From a bacterium (GTDB lineage: Bacteria > UBA8248): a stretch of DNA of 64,000 nt. Under the pieces are notes generated by a model. That model was given only the letters and a program-made list of their open reading frames with translations. It did not search any database and had not been told where the DNA came from. The position numbers were made by a program, and so were the translations under genes. Below, one piece after another: positions 37,531 to 46,927 of the stretch (position 1 is its first letter; each line of letters begins with the position of its first letter). The stretch covers positions 4,000,001 to 4,064,000 of the forward strand of contig OZ244799.1 of NCBI GenBank assembly GCA_965219955.1. The letters run 5' to 3'.

Positions 37531-39065
37531 TTTGGTTCCTCCTTTGAATTGGATGAATCGGCCACCGTTTGCGGCCTCAAGGTCTCGGCCCACGGTCGCT
37601 TCCAGATGCTGGTCACCAGCATGAGCACGGTCAAACCGATGAAAAAGGCCGCGATGGGACGGGTGATGAAGACAGAATAATCGCCGTCGGAGATGATAAG
37701 CGCCTGCTGAAGCGCTTCTTCCGCCCTGGGCGCCAGGATGAACGCGATGACGAGCGGGGCCATCGGAAATTTCAGTTTTCTGAACCCGTATCCGAACAGG
37801 CCCGCGATGAGCGCGAGAACGAGGTCGCCCAGGTTGCTGTGATAGACGTACGCCCCCACCAGACAGGAAACGATGATGCCGGGCACCAGCAACGACTGGC
37901 GGATCGTGACGATCTTGGCGAACATGCCCGTCAAGAGCCAGCCCTGAACCAGCATGATGGGGTTCCCGATAAGCAGCAGGGTGAAGATGGCGTACATGAC
38001 GGGGGCGTGTTCCTGGAAAAGGCTCGGCCCCGGCCGCAACCCCTGGGCGATGAACGCGCCCATGAGAATCGCCGCGCTCGGGTCCCCGGGTATTCCGAAC
38101 GTGAGGGTGGGGATGAGGTCCGCACCCGCGACGGCGCTGTTGGCGGCTTCAGAGGCCGCGACGCCCTCGTAGCTGCCGTGGCCGTATTCTTCGGGTTTCT
38201 TGGAAGCCCGCTTCGACGCCGCGTAGCTCACGAAGGTGGCGATGGCCGCTCCCGTGCCCGGAATCGCGCCGACGAAGGTGCCTATCATGGACGAGCGCAC
38301 GATGGTGCGCGCCGAATGCCAGACCTCGATGATCCTGAGTTTCCTGCCGCCTCGCAGATGCAGGGTATCGGGCGGACTCGAGAGGACGGAAGCCTTTTTT
38401 TCCGCCTGTATGAACACCTCGCTCACGGCGAAAAGTCCGATGAGCAGGGGAACCACCCCAATCCCTTCGGCCAGTCCGTGAAGACCGAACGTGAAGCGCT
38501 CCCCGCCCGAGATGATGTCCGTGCCCACCATGCCGAGTTGGAGCCCGATGAGGGCCGACAGCACGCCCTTCACCAGGGAGGCGCCCGTCACGCTGGAGAT
38601 GATGGCCAGCCCCATGAGCAGGAGTCCGAAAAACTCGGTCGGCCCGAACAGGAGCGCCACAGCGGCCAGCGGAAGCGCCGCGAGAATCAGCACGAGATCG
38701 CTGAAAGTATCGCCGATGGTGGAGGAGTAGAGCGCCATCTGGATCGCGCTCCTCGCCTCTCCTTTTTGCGCGAGCGGAAACCCGTCCATACACGTCGCCG
38801 CCGCGGGCGCGGTTCCCGGCGTATTCACCAGAATGGCGGGGATGGAGCCTCCGAAAAGGGTTCCCTTGTGAATCCCGAGCAAGAAGGGAATGCCCAGCAC
38901 GGGCGGCATGAAAAAGGAGAAGGGAACCAGGATCGCCGTCGCCATCACGCTGGTGAGCCCCGGAATGGCGCCCACCGTGATGCCCACGAAGACGCCCAGC
39001 GCTATCATGGCGATACCCTGCCACGTGAGTGCCATCATGACTCCCTCGAGTATCTGTTCGAACAT
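37527..39065 (-). CDS. tctA: Tripartite tricarboxylate transporter large membrane subunit
   Basis: GAIPGL, GGSIPAILVNTPG, SEAANSA, GIPG. Confidence 0.93.
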   Translation of the reverse strand: MFEQILEGVMMALTWQGIAMIALGVFVGITVGAIPGLTSVMATAILVPFSFFMPPVLGIPFLLGIHKGTLFGGSIPAILVNTPGTAPAAATCMDGFPLAQKGEARSAIQMALYSSTIGDTFSDLVLILAALPLAAVALLFGPTEFFGLLLMGLAIISSVTGASLVKGVLSALIGLQLGMVGTDIISGGERFTFGLHGLAEGIGVVPLLIGLFAVSEVFIQAEKKASVLSSPPDTLHLRGGRKLRIIEVWHSARTIVRSSMIGTFVGAIPGTGAAIATFVSYAASKRASKKPEEYGHGSYEGVAASEAANSAVAGADLIPTLTFGIPGDPSAAILMGAFIAQGLRPGPSLFQEHAPVMYAIFTLLLIGNPIMLVQGWLLTGMFAKIVTIRQSLLVPGIIVSCLVGAYVYHSNLGDLVLALIAGLFGYGFRKLKFPMAPLVIAFILAPRAEEALQQALIISDGDYSVFITRPIAAFFIGLTVLMLVTSIWKRPWAETLRPQTVADSSNSKEEPK

Positions 39066-39072
39066 ACGCGCC

Positions 39073-39549
39073 CTAACTGAAGAGGCTGCCCTCGGGCAGC
39101 GCCAGCTTGAAGGCGAACCAGAAGAAATAGTTCACCACGACGGGAAACAGGAGCGACATCGCCGCGACGTAGCGCCAGTCGCGCGTGCCCATGGACGTAA
39201 CGAGGATTGCGAGAAATACGGGAGTACTCACCAGAAAGCCGAAATACGCCAAAGACTCGACGTAGACGTAGCAAAGAACGAAAACGGCGCAGACTTGCAC
39301 GAGCGCCCTTTTGCTCGAAATCACCTGCCCGCCCGCTTCACCCCGCCTGAGAGCCCCGAAGAGGAACATCGCGCTCACCAGCCCGAAGGTGACGACGGCG
39401 GAGGTGGGGAAGAAAGTGGGCAAAAAGACGGCGTTCGTGACTTCTTCGGGCGGAATGGCGTATTGAATCTGTGTGGGAATGATATAGAAAAAGCCGATGA
39501 CGCTATAGAGTATAAAAATGACGGCTGTGTAAATATCGGCTTTCCGCAC
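39073..39549 (-). CDS. tctB: Tripartite tricarboxylate transporter small membrane subunit
   Basis: Four TM segments, FP motif, C-terminal LPEG; upstream of tctA. Confidence 0.85.
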   Translation of the reverse strand: MRKADIYTAVIFILYSVIGFFYIIPTQIQYAIPPEEVTNAVFLPTFFPTSAVVTFGLVSAMFLFGALRRGEAGGQVISSKRALVQVCAVFVLCYVYVESLAYFGFLVSTPVFLAILVTSMGTRDWRYVAAMSLLFPVVVNYFFWFAFKLALPEGSLFS

Positions 39550-39785
39550 GTCCGGCCCTCTTCACGGATGTGGAACACTGGACGCGCCGAGAACGAAGTC
39601 CAGATTCCGGGACGCTGAAACCCCCTTCCGTCTTATCTGCGTATATCAAACAGGCTAGCAAGAATCGCCGCATGTGTCATCCCGGAACGACATCCGAAGA
39701 CAGCGTGAAAGATGGCGCATGTTGTGGGAAAATGAACCATTCACCGGAAAATTCTCGCAATTCGCATTCGATGAGGAGTCATCCC

Positions 39786-40439
39786 GTGTCCAGAGTCCCG
39801 TTGCTCGGCAAAGAGGGTGCGGAGGGTGAAATTGCGCGCACCTTCGACATCCTGAACAACTTCCAAAGCAGGCAGGTCAACTCCACCCGGGCGACGGCGC
39901 ACTCCCCGTTTCTCGCGCGCATCTTCTATCCCCTCGTCCAGACACTGATGCGCGAGGGGCTCGGTACCGTCCTCTCTTCCAAAATAAAAGAGATCGCTGT
40001 CATCAAGACCAGCCAGTTGAACGGGTGCGACTACTGACTCGCCCACAACACCGCTCTCGGCCGGGTGCTGGGAATCACCGAGGAACACGTCGCCGCCATC
40101 GGCTCGGATGAGTACATGGATTCGCCGCTGCTGACCCCAAGGGAAAAGGCGACCGTCCTGTGGGCCGAACACGTGACGCGCAACTCCGCCAAATCAAGGG
40201 ACGACGTGGCGGAGGAAGTGCAAAAGTATTTCACGAACGCCGAGTTTGTGGAGCTCACCTTCGTCATCAGCTACTTCAACATGCGAAACCGCTACCACGA
40301 CTCCCTCAAGCTGCCGAATGATGAGGTAGATATCATCGAGGACGTGGACCGCCTCCGGCCCGACCCGGAAAAACTCAAGGTTTATCTGCAGGAAGTTCTC
40401 GACAACTGGCCGGACGCCTTCCCCGAACCCAACGATTGA
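39786..40439 (+). CDS. AhpD/carboxymuconolactone decarboxylase-like selenoprotein (CxxU; TGA 40035-40037 read as Sec), 217 aa
   Basis: KEIAVIKTSQLNGCDY-TGA-LAHN continues in frame into LGITEEHVAAI...EKATVLWAEHVT...EFVELT; TGA sits at the second Cys of the AhpD CxxC motif; GAGGAG RBS before GTG 39786. Confidence 0.8.
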
Positions 40440-40506
40440 GCTCACACGCGCGCGCAAGGGTGAAACGACGAACATTCACGAACACGCCAAAGAGGAGAAG
40501 CGATAA

Positions 40507-41229
40507 ATGGACCGAGGAATCTGGGCGGTATGGTACGACCTTCCCGAAGAGGGAGCGGATGAATACGTCTCCTGGCTTCATGAGACCCACATTCCCGAGG
40601 CACTCGGGCGACCGGGCTACCTGTGGGCTGCACACGTGAAGAACGTCGTCACGCCCGAGCGTGAGGAGCGGATCCGGGGCGTTGTCCATCATACGGACGA
40701 CTCAAGCGTGCCTAAGGGAGTTCAGTACCTGATGCTCTACGGCGCGCTCTCGCCGAACGCTTTTCTGGACCCGAGTCCCGAGCAGATGGCGGAGAAGATG
40801 ACGGCGGATGACCGGGAAATGCTCGGCAGGCGAATGAACGCGCGATCCTGCATCTTCATGGAGCACAACCGTATCGACGGCCCCGAGGCCAGGACCCGCG
40901 CGCCCGGCATCACGCCCGGTCCGGGTATCCAGTTCGGGACCTTCAACATCAACGCCGTCGAGAACGAGGACGAGCTCGGTTGCTGGTACTCCCAGGTGCG
41001 TATGCCGCGCCTGACGAGCATGGAGGGCTGCGTCGGCGCGCGGAACCTCGTATCGGTCTCGGGCTGGGCGAAACACGGCATTCTTTACGAGTGGGTTTCC
41101 CTGGAATCGCTTCAGAAGAATTTCACGACGGAGAAGATACCCCGCTCGCGCCAGGCCGTGAACACCCTCGTCCATGCACCCAGTTCTCCCAGCCTGGGAG
41201 AGCGTATCTGGCCGCCGGCGGGGGGATAG
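40507..41229 (+). CDS. Hypothetical protein with two predicted dimeric alpha-beta barrel (EthD-like) repeats
   Basis: Repeated motif EYVSWLHETHIP / ELGCWYSQVRMP; GAGGAG RBS. Confidence 0.7.
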   Translation: MDRGIWAVWYDLPEEGADEYVSWLHETHIPEALGRPGYLWAAHVKNVVTPEREERIRGVVHHTDDSSVPKGVQYLMLYGALSPNAFLDPSPEQMAEKMTADDREMLGRRMNARSCIFMEHNRIDGPEARTRAPGITPGPGIQFGTFNINAVENEDELGCWYSQVRMPRLTSMEGCVGARNLVSVSGWAKHGILYEWVSLESLQKNFTTEKIPRSRQAVNTLVHAPSSPSLGERIWPPAGG

Positions 41230-41274
41230 TTAATTTTCAGGCCTTCGTCGTGGTGGTGAACAAGCACCCCACAA

Positions 41275-42660
41275 TCAATACGTGAGTTTCGAGAAGCCCT
41301 CGAAGAAACGCGCCAAGAATTTCTCGGACTGGAGAACCCCTGACACCTGCGCGTATTCGTTCGCCGCGTGTTTTCGCATGGCGTTGCACGGAAGCCCGCC
41401 GATCCAGGGCACGCCCAGCTCTTCGGTCCACAGGGCCACGGGCATCCCCGCCGGGTGCACCGGCCAGACCTCCGGGTCCGCGCCCATGTCCGCATGGGCC
41501 TCCAGGAAGCACTGGATGAGGGGATGCGCCAGCGGCGTTCCGCCGCCCGCGTAGTGGTTGTTCACGACGAACTCGACGTCGCCGTAGCTGCCCTCCGCCA
41601 GGATGTTGCGGACGTTCCCGATGCGCTCGTCGGGGTCTTCGCCCGGCTGGAAGCGCATGTTCACCACGGCCTGGGCTTCGGAGGGAATGCTGACCTTGAC
41701 GGATTTCCCCTCTCCGAGGAAGCCCGCGTGCAGGCCCGTGAGCGTGAATTCCGCCTTGAACAGGTGCGAGCGGACGGCGGCGTGGAAATCATCCTGCCGG
41801 AAGCGTTTCACGCCCAGGCTCTGCTTCATCCTCTCGGGGTCCATGCGCTCTGCGAGTATTCGGCACAACTCTTCTTCGGCCTCGCTCGGCGTCCAGCCCT
41901 CGCCGTTTTGGTAAATCTCCTCGAGCCTCGCCTGCAAATAAGCGATCGCCTCCACGATGCGCTCCGCCGGGTTGCCTATCCAGTTGCAGTTGAGCGCGTG
42001 AATCTCGTTGCCCACCGGCCCGCCCCATTCTCCGGGACGGCAGAAGAGCCTGCCCATCAGGTTGCCCTTGAGCCCCAGCGGGACGATGGGCGTGCCGTCG
42101 GTCTGCCCCATCGGGCAGAGCCAGTAGGCCGCGTTCGCCTTTTGCATCTTCTCTTTGTAGCGCGGGAAGAAATCCTTGATGCCGCCGCTGCCGAGTTCGG
42201 ACGCCTCGTGGACGAACATGAGGTTGAGCGGGAGCTTTTCCCCCGCGGCGCGCGCCGCGTAGACCGTGTTCATCACGCAGGCGATGCCGGTCTTCATGTC
42301 CTCCGCTCCCCGGCCCACGATGCAGGGCCCCAGGCCCTCGAGTTCCTGAATCTCGGGCTCGAAGGGAGGATTGATCCAGTTGGGTTCCTCCGCAGGCGTC
42401 ACGTCGTAGAGACCGTGGCAGAGCAGCGTGCGATCCGCGCCCTCGTCGATCAGGCCGTAGACGACGGGAAACTCCGCCGTCTCCACCACCTCCGCCTCGC
42501 CGCCGACCTCGACGATCTCATCGGCCAGCATCCGGGCCATCTCGTCGTTTCCGAGGTTGAGCGCGGAGACGCTCGGCTGGCGGATGTATTTCAGGAGACG
42601 CTCGATATGGGCGGATTCGAAATCCGCCTCGATTTGCGCGCTGACCCGTTCGACGTCCAT
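41275..42660 (-). CDS. M20/M25/M40 family metallopeptidase-like protein
   Basis: QPSVSA, YDV.P, GRGAEDMK, HAANE. Confidence 0.85.
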   Translation of the reverse strand: MDVERVSAQIEADFESAHIERLLKYIRQPSVSALNLGNDEMARMLADEIVEVGGEAEVVETAEFPVVYGLIDEGADRTLLCHGLYDVTPAEEPNWINPPFEPEIQELEGLGPCIVGRGAEDMKTGIACVMNTVYAARAAGEKLPLNLMFVHEASELGSGGIKDFFPRYKEKMQKANAAYWLCPMGQTDGTPIVPLGLKGNLMGRLFCRPGEWGGPVGNEIHALNCNWIGNPAERIVEAIAYLQARLEEIYQNGEGWTPSEAEEELCRILAERMDPERMKQSLGVKRFRQDDFHAAVRSHLFKAEFTLTGLHAGFLGEGKSVKVSIPSEAQAVVNMRFQPGEDPDERIGNVRNILAEGSYGDVEFVVNNHYAGGGTPLAHPLIQCFLEAHADMGADPEVWPVHPAGMPVALWTEELGVPWIGGLPCNAMRKHAANEYAQVSGVLQSEKFLARFFEGFSKLTY

Positions 42661-42700
42661 TGGAGAACCTCCTCATCCCCTGCGGGGGAAGACTGGGCTT

Positions 42701-43012
42701 TCAGGGAATCATGAGACCGAGCAGCGGGCCGTGCTGCTGCGCCCCGTACACGTCGCGGTCGCCCGGTGCGCCCGAGGTCGGCCCTTTCCTCGGTATGGTG
42801 ATCTTGATGGCGTTGGCCGCGTCGAAATGGACGATCTTCACCTGCTCGGCCTCCATCTCGTAGAGTTCTGAAACCACGCCCGGCGTGAGTGCTTCGCTGT
42901 CGGCTACGCGCCGGTAGGTCGCCTCATCAGGGAACAACAGGTCCAGCGTGATGTGCAGGGGGCCCGCGTTCTTGCTTCGCAGCACCTCGGCGAGGTCGTA
43001 GAGCCGCTCCAC
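42701..43012 (-). CDS. DUF4387 family protein
   Basis: RSKNAGP...AIKITIPR...DRDVYGAQQH; typical partner of AtuA-like genes. Confidence 0.88.
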   Translation of the reverse strand: MERLYDLAEVLRSKNAGPLHITLDLLFPDEATYRRVADSEALTPGVVSELYEMEAEQVKIVHFDAANAIKITIPRKGPTSGAPGDRDVYGAQQHGPLLGLMIP

Positions 43013-43014
43013 GC

Positions 43015-44379
43015 TCAGCCCACCTGCGCGAATTCGACCTCGAAGGGCGCCGCGGCGTCTTCGAGCTCCACGAGGTGATAGATGTGGAACTCATACACCG
43101 GCCCGCCCTCGAAATCAGACGGCGAGAACGGGAAGGCGAGGTTCCCGGCGGTGGCTTTCCGGCCTTCGAAGCCCGAGTGCAGGAACGTGCTCCGCGTGAG
43201 CGAGAGCACCGCGTTGGCCGTCGTCTGATCCTTGGCGATCGCCTCCATCACCACGCCGACCTCCCTTGGAGCGCTCGATTCATCCGCCGCCGGACGGCCC
43301 ATCACGCCGTCGCGCCCGTAGAAGATGAAGCGCAGCTCGTAATCCTCGGGCGAGAGCGCCCCCCGCACCATGTCCGCGACGGTGTTCTTCACGTTCGCCT
43401 CGACCTCATCGAGACTCGCGATGAGACGCGGGTCCGTCATCCCGGCGACGGCGATGGTGCGGTAACCTCTCAGGCGCACGCCTTCGATCTTGATGGTCGG
43501 AGTCTGCGCCTGCACGAATCGGCTGCCGCTCACCCGCACGCGGCGCTCGCCGATCTGTTCGAACTCCGAGTCCTTGAGGTCGATCACCCCCTCCGGTTCA
43601 TAGAACAGGTAGGGATCGGGCTGTTCGTACATCATGTGCGCCGCCACGGAACCCGGCGTCACGCGCATCCCCTCGTTCATCGGTTCGAGCTCGAAATGAT
43701 CTTCCCGCAGCGTGCCCAGAATGCAGTCGTTCGCCCCGATGGGCAGGGCGCACTGCGCGCCGCACTCGATGATCTTCGCCATGTGGAAGGCGAGACCAAG
43801 GTCGAAGCCTTGCATCGCGGCGTAGGAAGTATAAATGGCCGTATCGCAGGAGCGTCCGGCGAGAACGACATCCGCACCACCCTCGAGAGCCGTCATGAAA
43901 GGCTCAAGCCCCATCTGGCCCACGATGCGCACGCTCTCGTCCACCATCTCCTCGGTGAGTTCGGGGAGTTTCCCCAGGGTGCGTGTTCTCTTCTCGCGCA
44001 CGGCGCGCTTGACGAACTCCTTGTCCATCTCGGAGCGGATCACGGCGAGCTTGAAGCGGTGCCCGTCGCGCTTCGCCAGCTCGCGCATCGTGTCGAGCAC
44101 GCTGTCCACGTGTGGATTTCCCCCCGCCGTCCCGGCGGAGCCGATGATGTAGGGAATCTTCTTCTTTCTGGCGGCGGCCAGCGAAAAGCCCAGGTCCCTG
44201 CGTATCTGCTCGCGCTTGGTGAGCTGATCGCCGCTGCCGAGGTAGTAGGGGCCCGCGTCGGTCGAGCCGTTGTCCGCCCCCATGATGTGCGGGTCGCGGG
44301 CGAGGCCGTTATCGAGTGAGGTTTTGGGGAATCCATAGCCGAGATTGCCGCATACGGACAATACCCTGAGTTCATCCAT
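43015..44379 (-). CDS. Acyclic terpene utilization AtuA-like (DUF1446-related) protein
   Basis: LGYGF, DNGSTDAGPYYLG, GRSCD, KIIECGA, AGNLAFPFSP. Confidence 0.85.
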   Translation of the reverse strand: MDELRVLSVCGNLGYGFPKTSLDNGLARDPHIMGADNGSTDAGPYYLGSGDQLTKREQIRRDLGFSLAAARKKKIPYIIGSAGTAGGNPHVDSVLDTMRELAKRDGHRFKLAVIRSEMDKEFVKRAVREKRTRTLGKLPELTEEMVDESVRIVGQMGLEPFMTALEGGADVVLAGRSCDTAIYTSYAAMQGFDLGLAFHMAKIIECGAQCALPIGANDCILGTLREDHFELEPMNEGMRVTPGSVAAHMMYEQPDPYLFYEPEGVIDLKDSEFEQIGERRVRVSGSRFVQAQTPTIKIEGVRLRGYRTIAVAGMTDPRLIASLDEVEANVKNTVADMVRGALSPEDYELRFIFYGRDGVMGRPAADESSAPREVGVVMEAIAKDQTTANAVLSLTRSTFLHSGFEGRKATAGNLAFPFSPSDFEGGPVYEFHIYHLVELEDAAAPFEVEFAQVG

Positions 44380-44574
44380 GCGAGACTCCCGAGGCATTTT
44401 GACTGGAAGATACTCGAAACCTACACGATCACCCGTCCGGGGTAAACGCCGGCGAGCGTCTAACGGCCTGTAACTCGCTTGTCATGCAGGCTGATGAAAG
44501 TTTATATTTAATGGGATTGTAGTGGAATGGTCGGTGATTCTGTCCGATACACCCGGAACAACCCGAGAGCTACA

Positions 44575-44976
44575 ATGGCCACAGCCTCCAAGAACCCGCC
44601 GGGCAACACAAAAAAGATTCATCAGACCTACGCGCGCCGGATTGAGGAACTTCGCGGCTTTGCCGCGGCCGATGCCGAGTGCGCCGATGTGAGAGAAGCA
44701 TCTGAAACGGATTTCTGGTCGTTCGTTAAGTCTATTCCATCAGCCAAGAAAGCCGGGTTGTTTCTCCTGGACAACGGAAACCTCCGCGCCGTCTGGAAAG
44801 GAGACGACAAGGCGCACATTGGTCTCCAGTTTCTCGGCGACCGGTCCGCAAGGTACGTGATATTCAAACGACGACCGGCGTCCGAAAAAGTTTCGAGAGT
44901 GAGCGGTATCGACACACTGGACGGAGTGAAAAAGCAGGCCCGCGCTTTCGGCATCACGTTGCTGGAGAATGGATGA
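44575..44976 (+). CDS. Hypothetical protein, putative antitoxin
   Basis: RRIEEL...FW...DNGNLRAVW...GLQF pattern; lower GC than neighbours; ATGA-coupled to the next gene. Start may be 44527. Confidence 0.6.
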   Translation: MATASKNPPGNTKKIHQTYARRIEELRGFAAADAECADVREASETDFWSFVKSIPSAKKAGLFLLDNGNLRAVWKGDDKAHIGLQFLGDRSARYVIFKRRPASEKVSRVSGIDTLDGVKKQARAFGITLLENG

Positions 44977-45416
44977 CCGGCGACGATTTACCGAATGAAG
45001 ACCATGCCGTCCGCTACGTCAAACCATCTCAATTCGATGAAGATGAGGGCGTGGACGGCTCCGCTTTTCAGTTACGACAAAACGAGAGTGGTTTGTCCGT
45101 CCACTGGCTGGAATGTTTCGAAGACCTCTTGAAACCTCAACAACTCGATGAAGTGAGGCGTCTGTCCAGGCTGACAATCAGCAGGAACGGTCGCCTTGCC
45201 GAAGTGAACGTGGGCAGAACAAAACAGCATCTCAAAGAACAACTCTTGGATATCCGTTTCATACACATGCCGCTGAATGCAGAGGGCGATTATGAGGCCG
45301 ACCCATCGCATAGCGAGATATCGGGGCTGCCGGATTTCCCCGATGAGGAGTTGATCGGAGACTTAATCGCCGAAGAATGTATAGAAGTCATCCATCCGGG
45401 ATTGCAAGCAACTTGA
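44973..45416 (+). CDS. Hypothetical protein, putative ADP-ribosyltransferase-fold toxin
   Basis: VRY ... SAF ... GLSV ... PSHSEI pattern; acidic; lower GC. Confidence 0.6.
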   Translation: MTGDDLPNEDHAVRYVKPSQFDEDEGVDGSAFQLRQNESGLSVHWLECFEDLLKPQQLDEVRRLSRLTISRNGRLAEVNVGRTKQHLKEQLLDIRFIHMPLNAEGDYEADPSHSEISGLPDFPDEELIGDLIAEECIEVIHPGLQAT

Positions 45417-45621
45417 TTGTCGGCTTTGCTCCCTCGAAAAAGTATAGCGAGCAAAAGTAACAAAACACCTCTCGACATCAGAGCACCCGAGTTAATCGAA
45501 ATGCTCGCGCAAGATGCGCCCCGAAGTTGAAATTCTGGTGTTTTGAAAGAGAAAAGCCGCTCTACCGGCCCGATGAACTGAAACGGGGACGCGGGCTTAC
45601 GGCCTCTCCCCTGCGCAACGC

Positions 45622-46059
45622 CTACGGCTGGACCCGCAGCCGCTCGGGCTCGATGATGGCCTCCGCCGTGATCTCGATCATCGCGTCGGGAGGACCGAGG
45701 CGGGAGATCTCGATCAGCGTGCTGGCCGGGCGGACGTTCTTGAAGTATTTGAAGCGCTCGTCCGAGTGCTTGTAGTACTCCATGATGTCGGTCACATACG
45801 TCGTGGAGCTGACGATGTCGTCGAACGTAGCACCCGCGTGGGCCAGCCCCTTGCCGATGTTCTCGCAAGTCACCCGTATCTGGGTGCGCATGTCGCCGAC
45901 GCCTTCCACCTCGCCGCTCGGCTTGCGGGGCACCTGGCCGGAAAGGTAGATGTGTGCGTGGTCCGAACCGTGAATTGTCACCACGGGCACGTAGAGAAGC
46001 TCGTCGTTCTCCACGCGGGACCACATGTCGTCGGGCTGCATGAACTGTCTCTGGATCAT
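45622..46059 (-). CDS. RidA/YjgF family protein
   Basis: IYLSGQV, Q...ENI, R...F...PASTL, IEITAEA. Confidence 0.9.
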   Translation of the reverse strand: MIQRQFMQPDDMWSRVENDELLYVPVVTIHGSDHAHIYLSGQVPRKPSGEVEGVGDMRTQIRVTCENIGKGLAHAGATFDDIVSSTTYVTDIMEYYKHSDERFKYFKNVRPASTLIEISRLGPPDAMIEITAEAIIEPERLRVQP

Positions 46060-46091
46060 CTCGTCGCTTCCTTCCTCTGATAGATGTTCGT

Positions 46092-46907
46092 TTAATCAGT
46101 CACCCATGCGGGCTGACCATCGGATTGCCCCATGAGGCCCGCCAGCGTCTCGGCCACCTTTCTTTCACACTCGAGAAATTCCACCGAAAGAACGTCACGC
46201 GGACGGGGCAGGTCGATTTTGATCTCCTCGGCGATGCGCCCCGGGCGAGGCGACATCAGGAGCACACGGTCCGAGAGATAGGCCGCCTCGCGGACGCTGT
46301 GCGTCACGAAGAGCACCGTCTTGTGGGTTTCCATCCACACCTGCACGAGGAGCTGCTGGAGGCTCGAGCGCGTCTGGGCGTCGAGGGCGCCGAAGGGTTC
46401 GTCCATGAGCATCACCTCGGGGTCGAAGGCCAGTGCGCGCGCGATGCCCACCCTCTGCTTCATCCCGCCCGAGAGGCGGTATGGATAGACATCCTTGAAG
46501 CCCTCGAGTTCCACCAGCCGCAGGAGGCGGTCGACCACGGGGTCGCGCTCGGCCTTGGGGATTCCCTTCATGCGCATGCCGAAGCGGACGTTGCCGGCTA
46601 CCGTCAGCCAGGGGAATACGGCGAACTCCTGGAACACGACGCCGCGGTCGAAACCCGTGTCGTTGATGTGATGGCCGTCGAGGACGACGTCGCCCGAGGT
46701 TTTTTCATACAGGCCCGCCACGATCATCAACAGTGTGCTCTTGCCGCACCCGCTCGGGCCGATGAGGGAGATGAACTCGCCGCTTCGCACCTCGAAGCTC
46801 ACCGATTCGAGGGCGGTGATGTCCGTCGTCCGCCCCCATCCCTCGTCGATGGTGAAGACCTTGTCCAGGCCCGTGACCTGGAGTTTTACAGGACCCTGAA
46901 TCGCCAA
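46092..46907 (-). CDS. ABC transporter ATP-binding protein (SsuB/TauB-like)
   Basis: GPSGCGKST, LSGGMKQR, MDEPFGALD, LPRPR. Confidence 0.93.
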   Translation of the reverse strand: MAIQGPVKLQVTGLDKVFTIDEGWGRTTDITALESVSFEVRSGEFISLIGPSGCGKSTLLMIVAGLYEKTSGDVVLDGHHINDTGFDRGVVFQEFAVFPWLTVAGNVRFGMRMKGIPKAERDPVVDRLLRLVELEGFKDVYPYRLSGGMKQRVGIARALAFDPEVMLMDEPFGALDAQTRSSLQQLLVQVWMETHKTVLFVTHSVREAAYLSDRVLLMSPRPGRIAEEIKIDLPRPRDVLSVEFLECERKVAETLAGLMGQSDGQPAWVTD

Positions 46908-46927
46908 GATATGCTCCTATCGGCGCG

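Noticed and set aside
39570-40439. Two separate genes or a nonsense pseudogene, as in the ORF track
   Set aside because: The single in-frame TGA falls exactly on the CxxC second Cys and both halves are otherwise intact, so selenocysteine is the better explanation.
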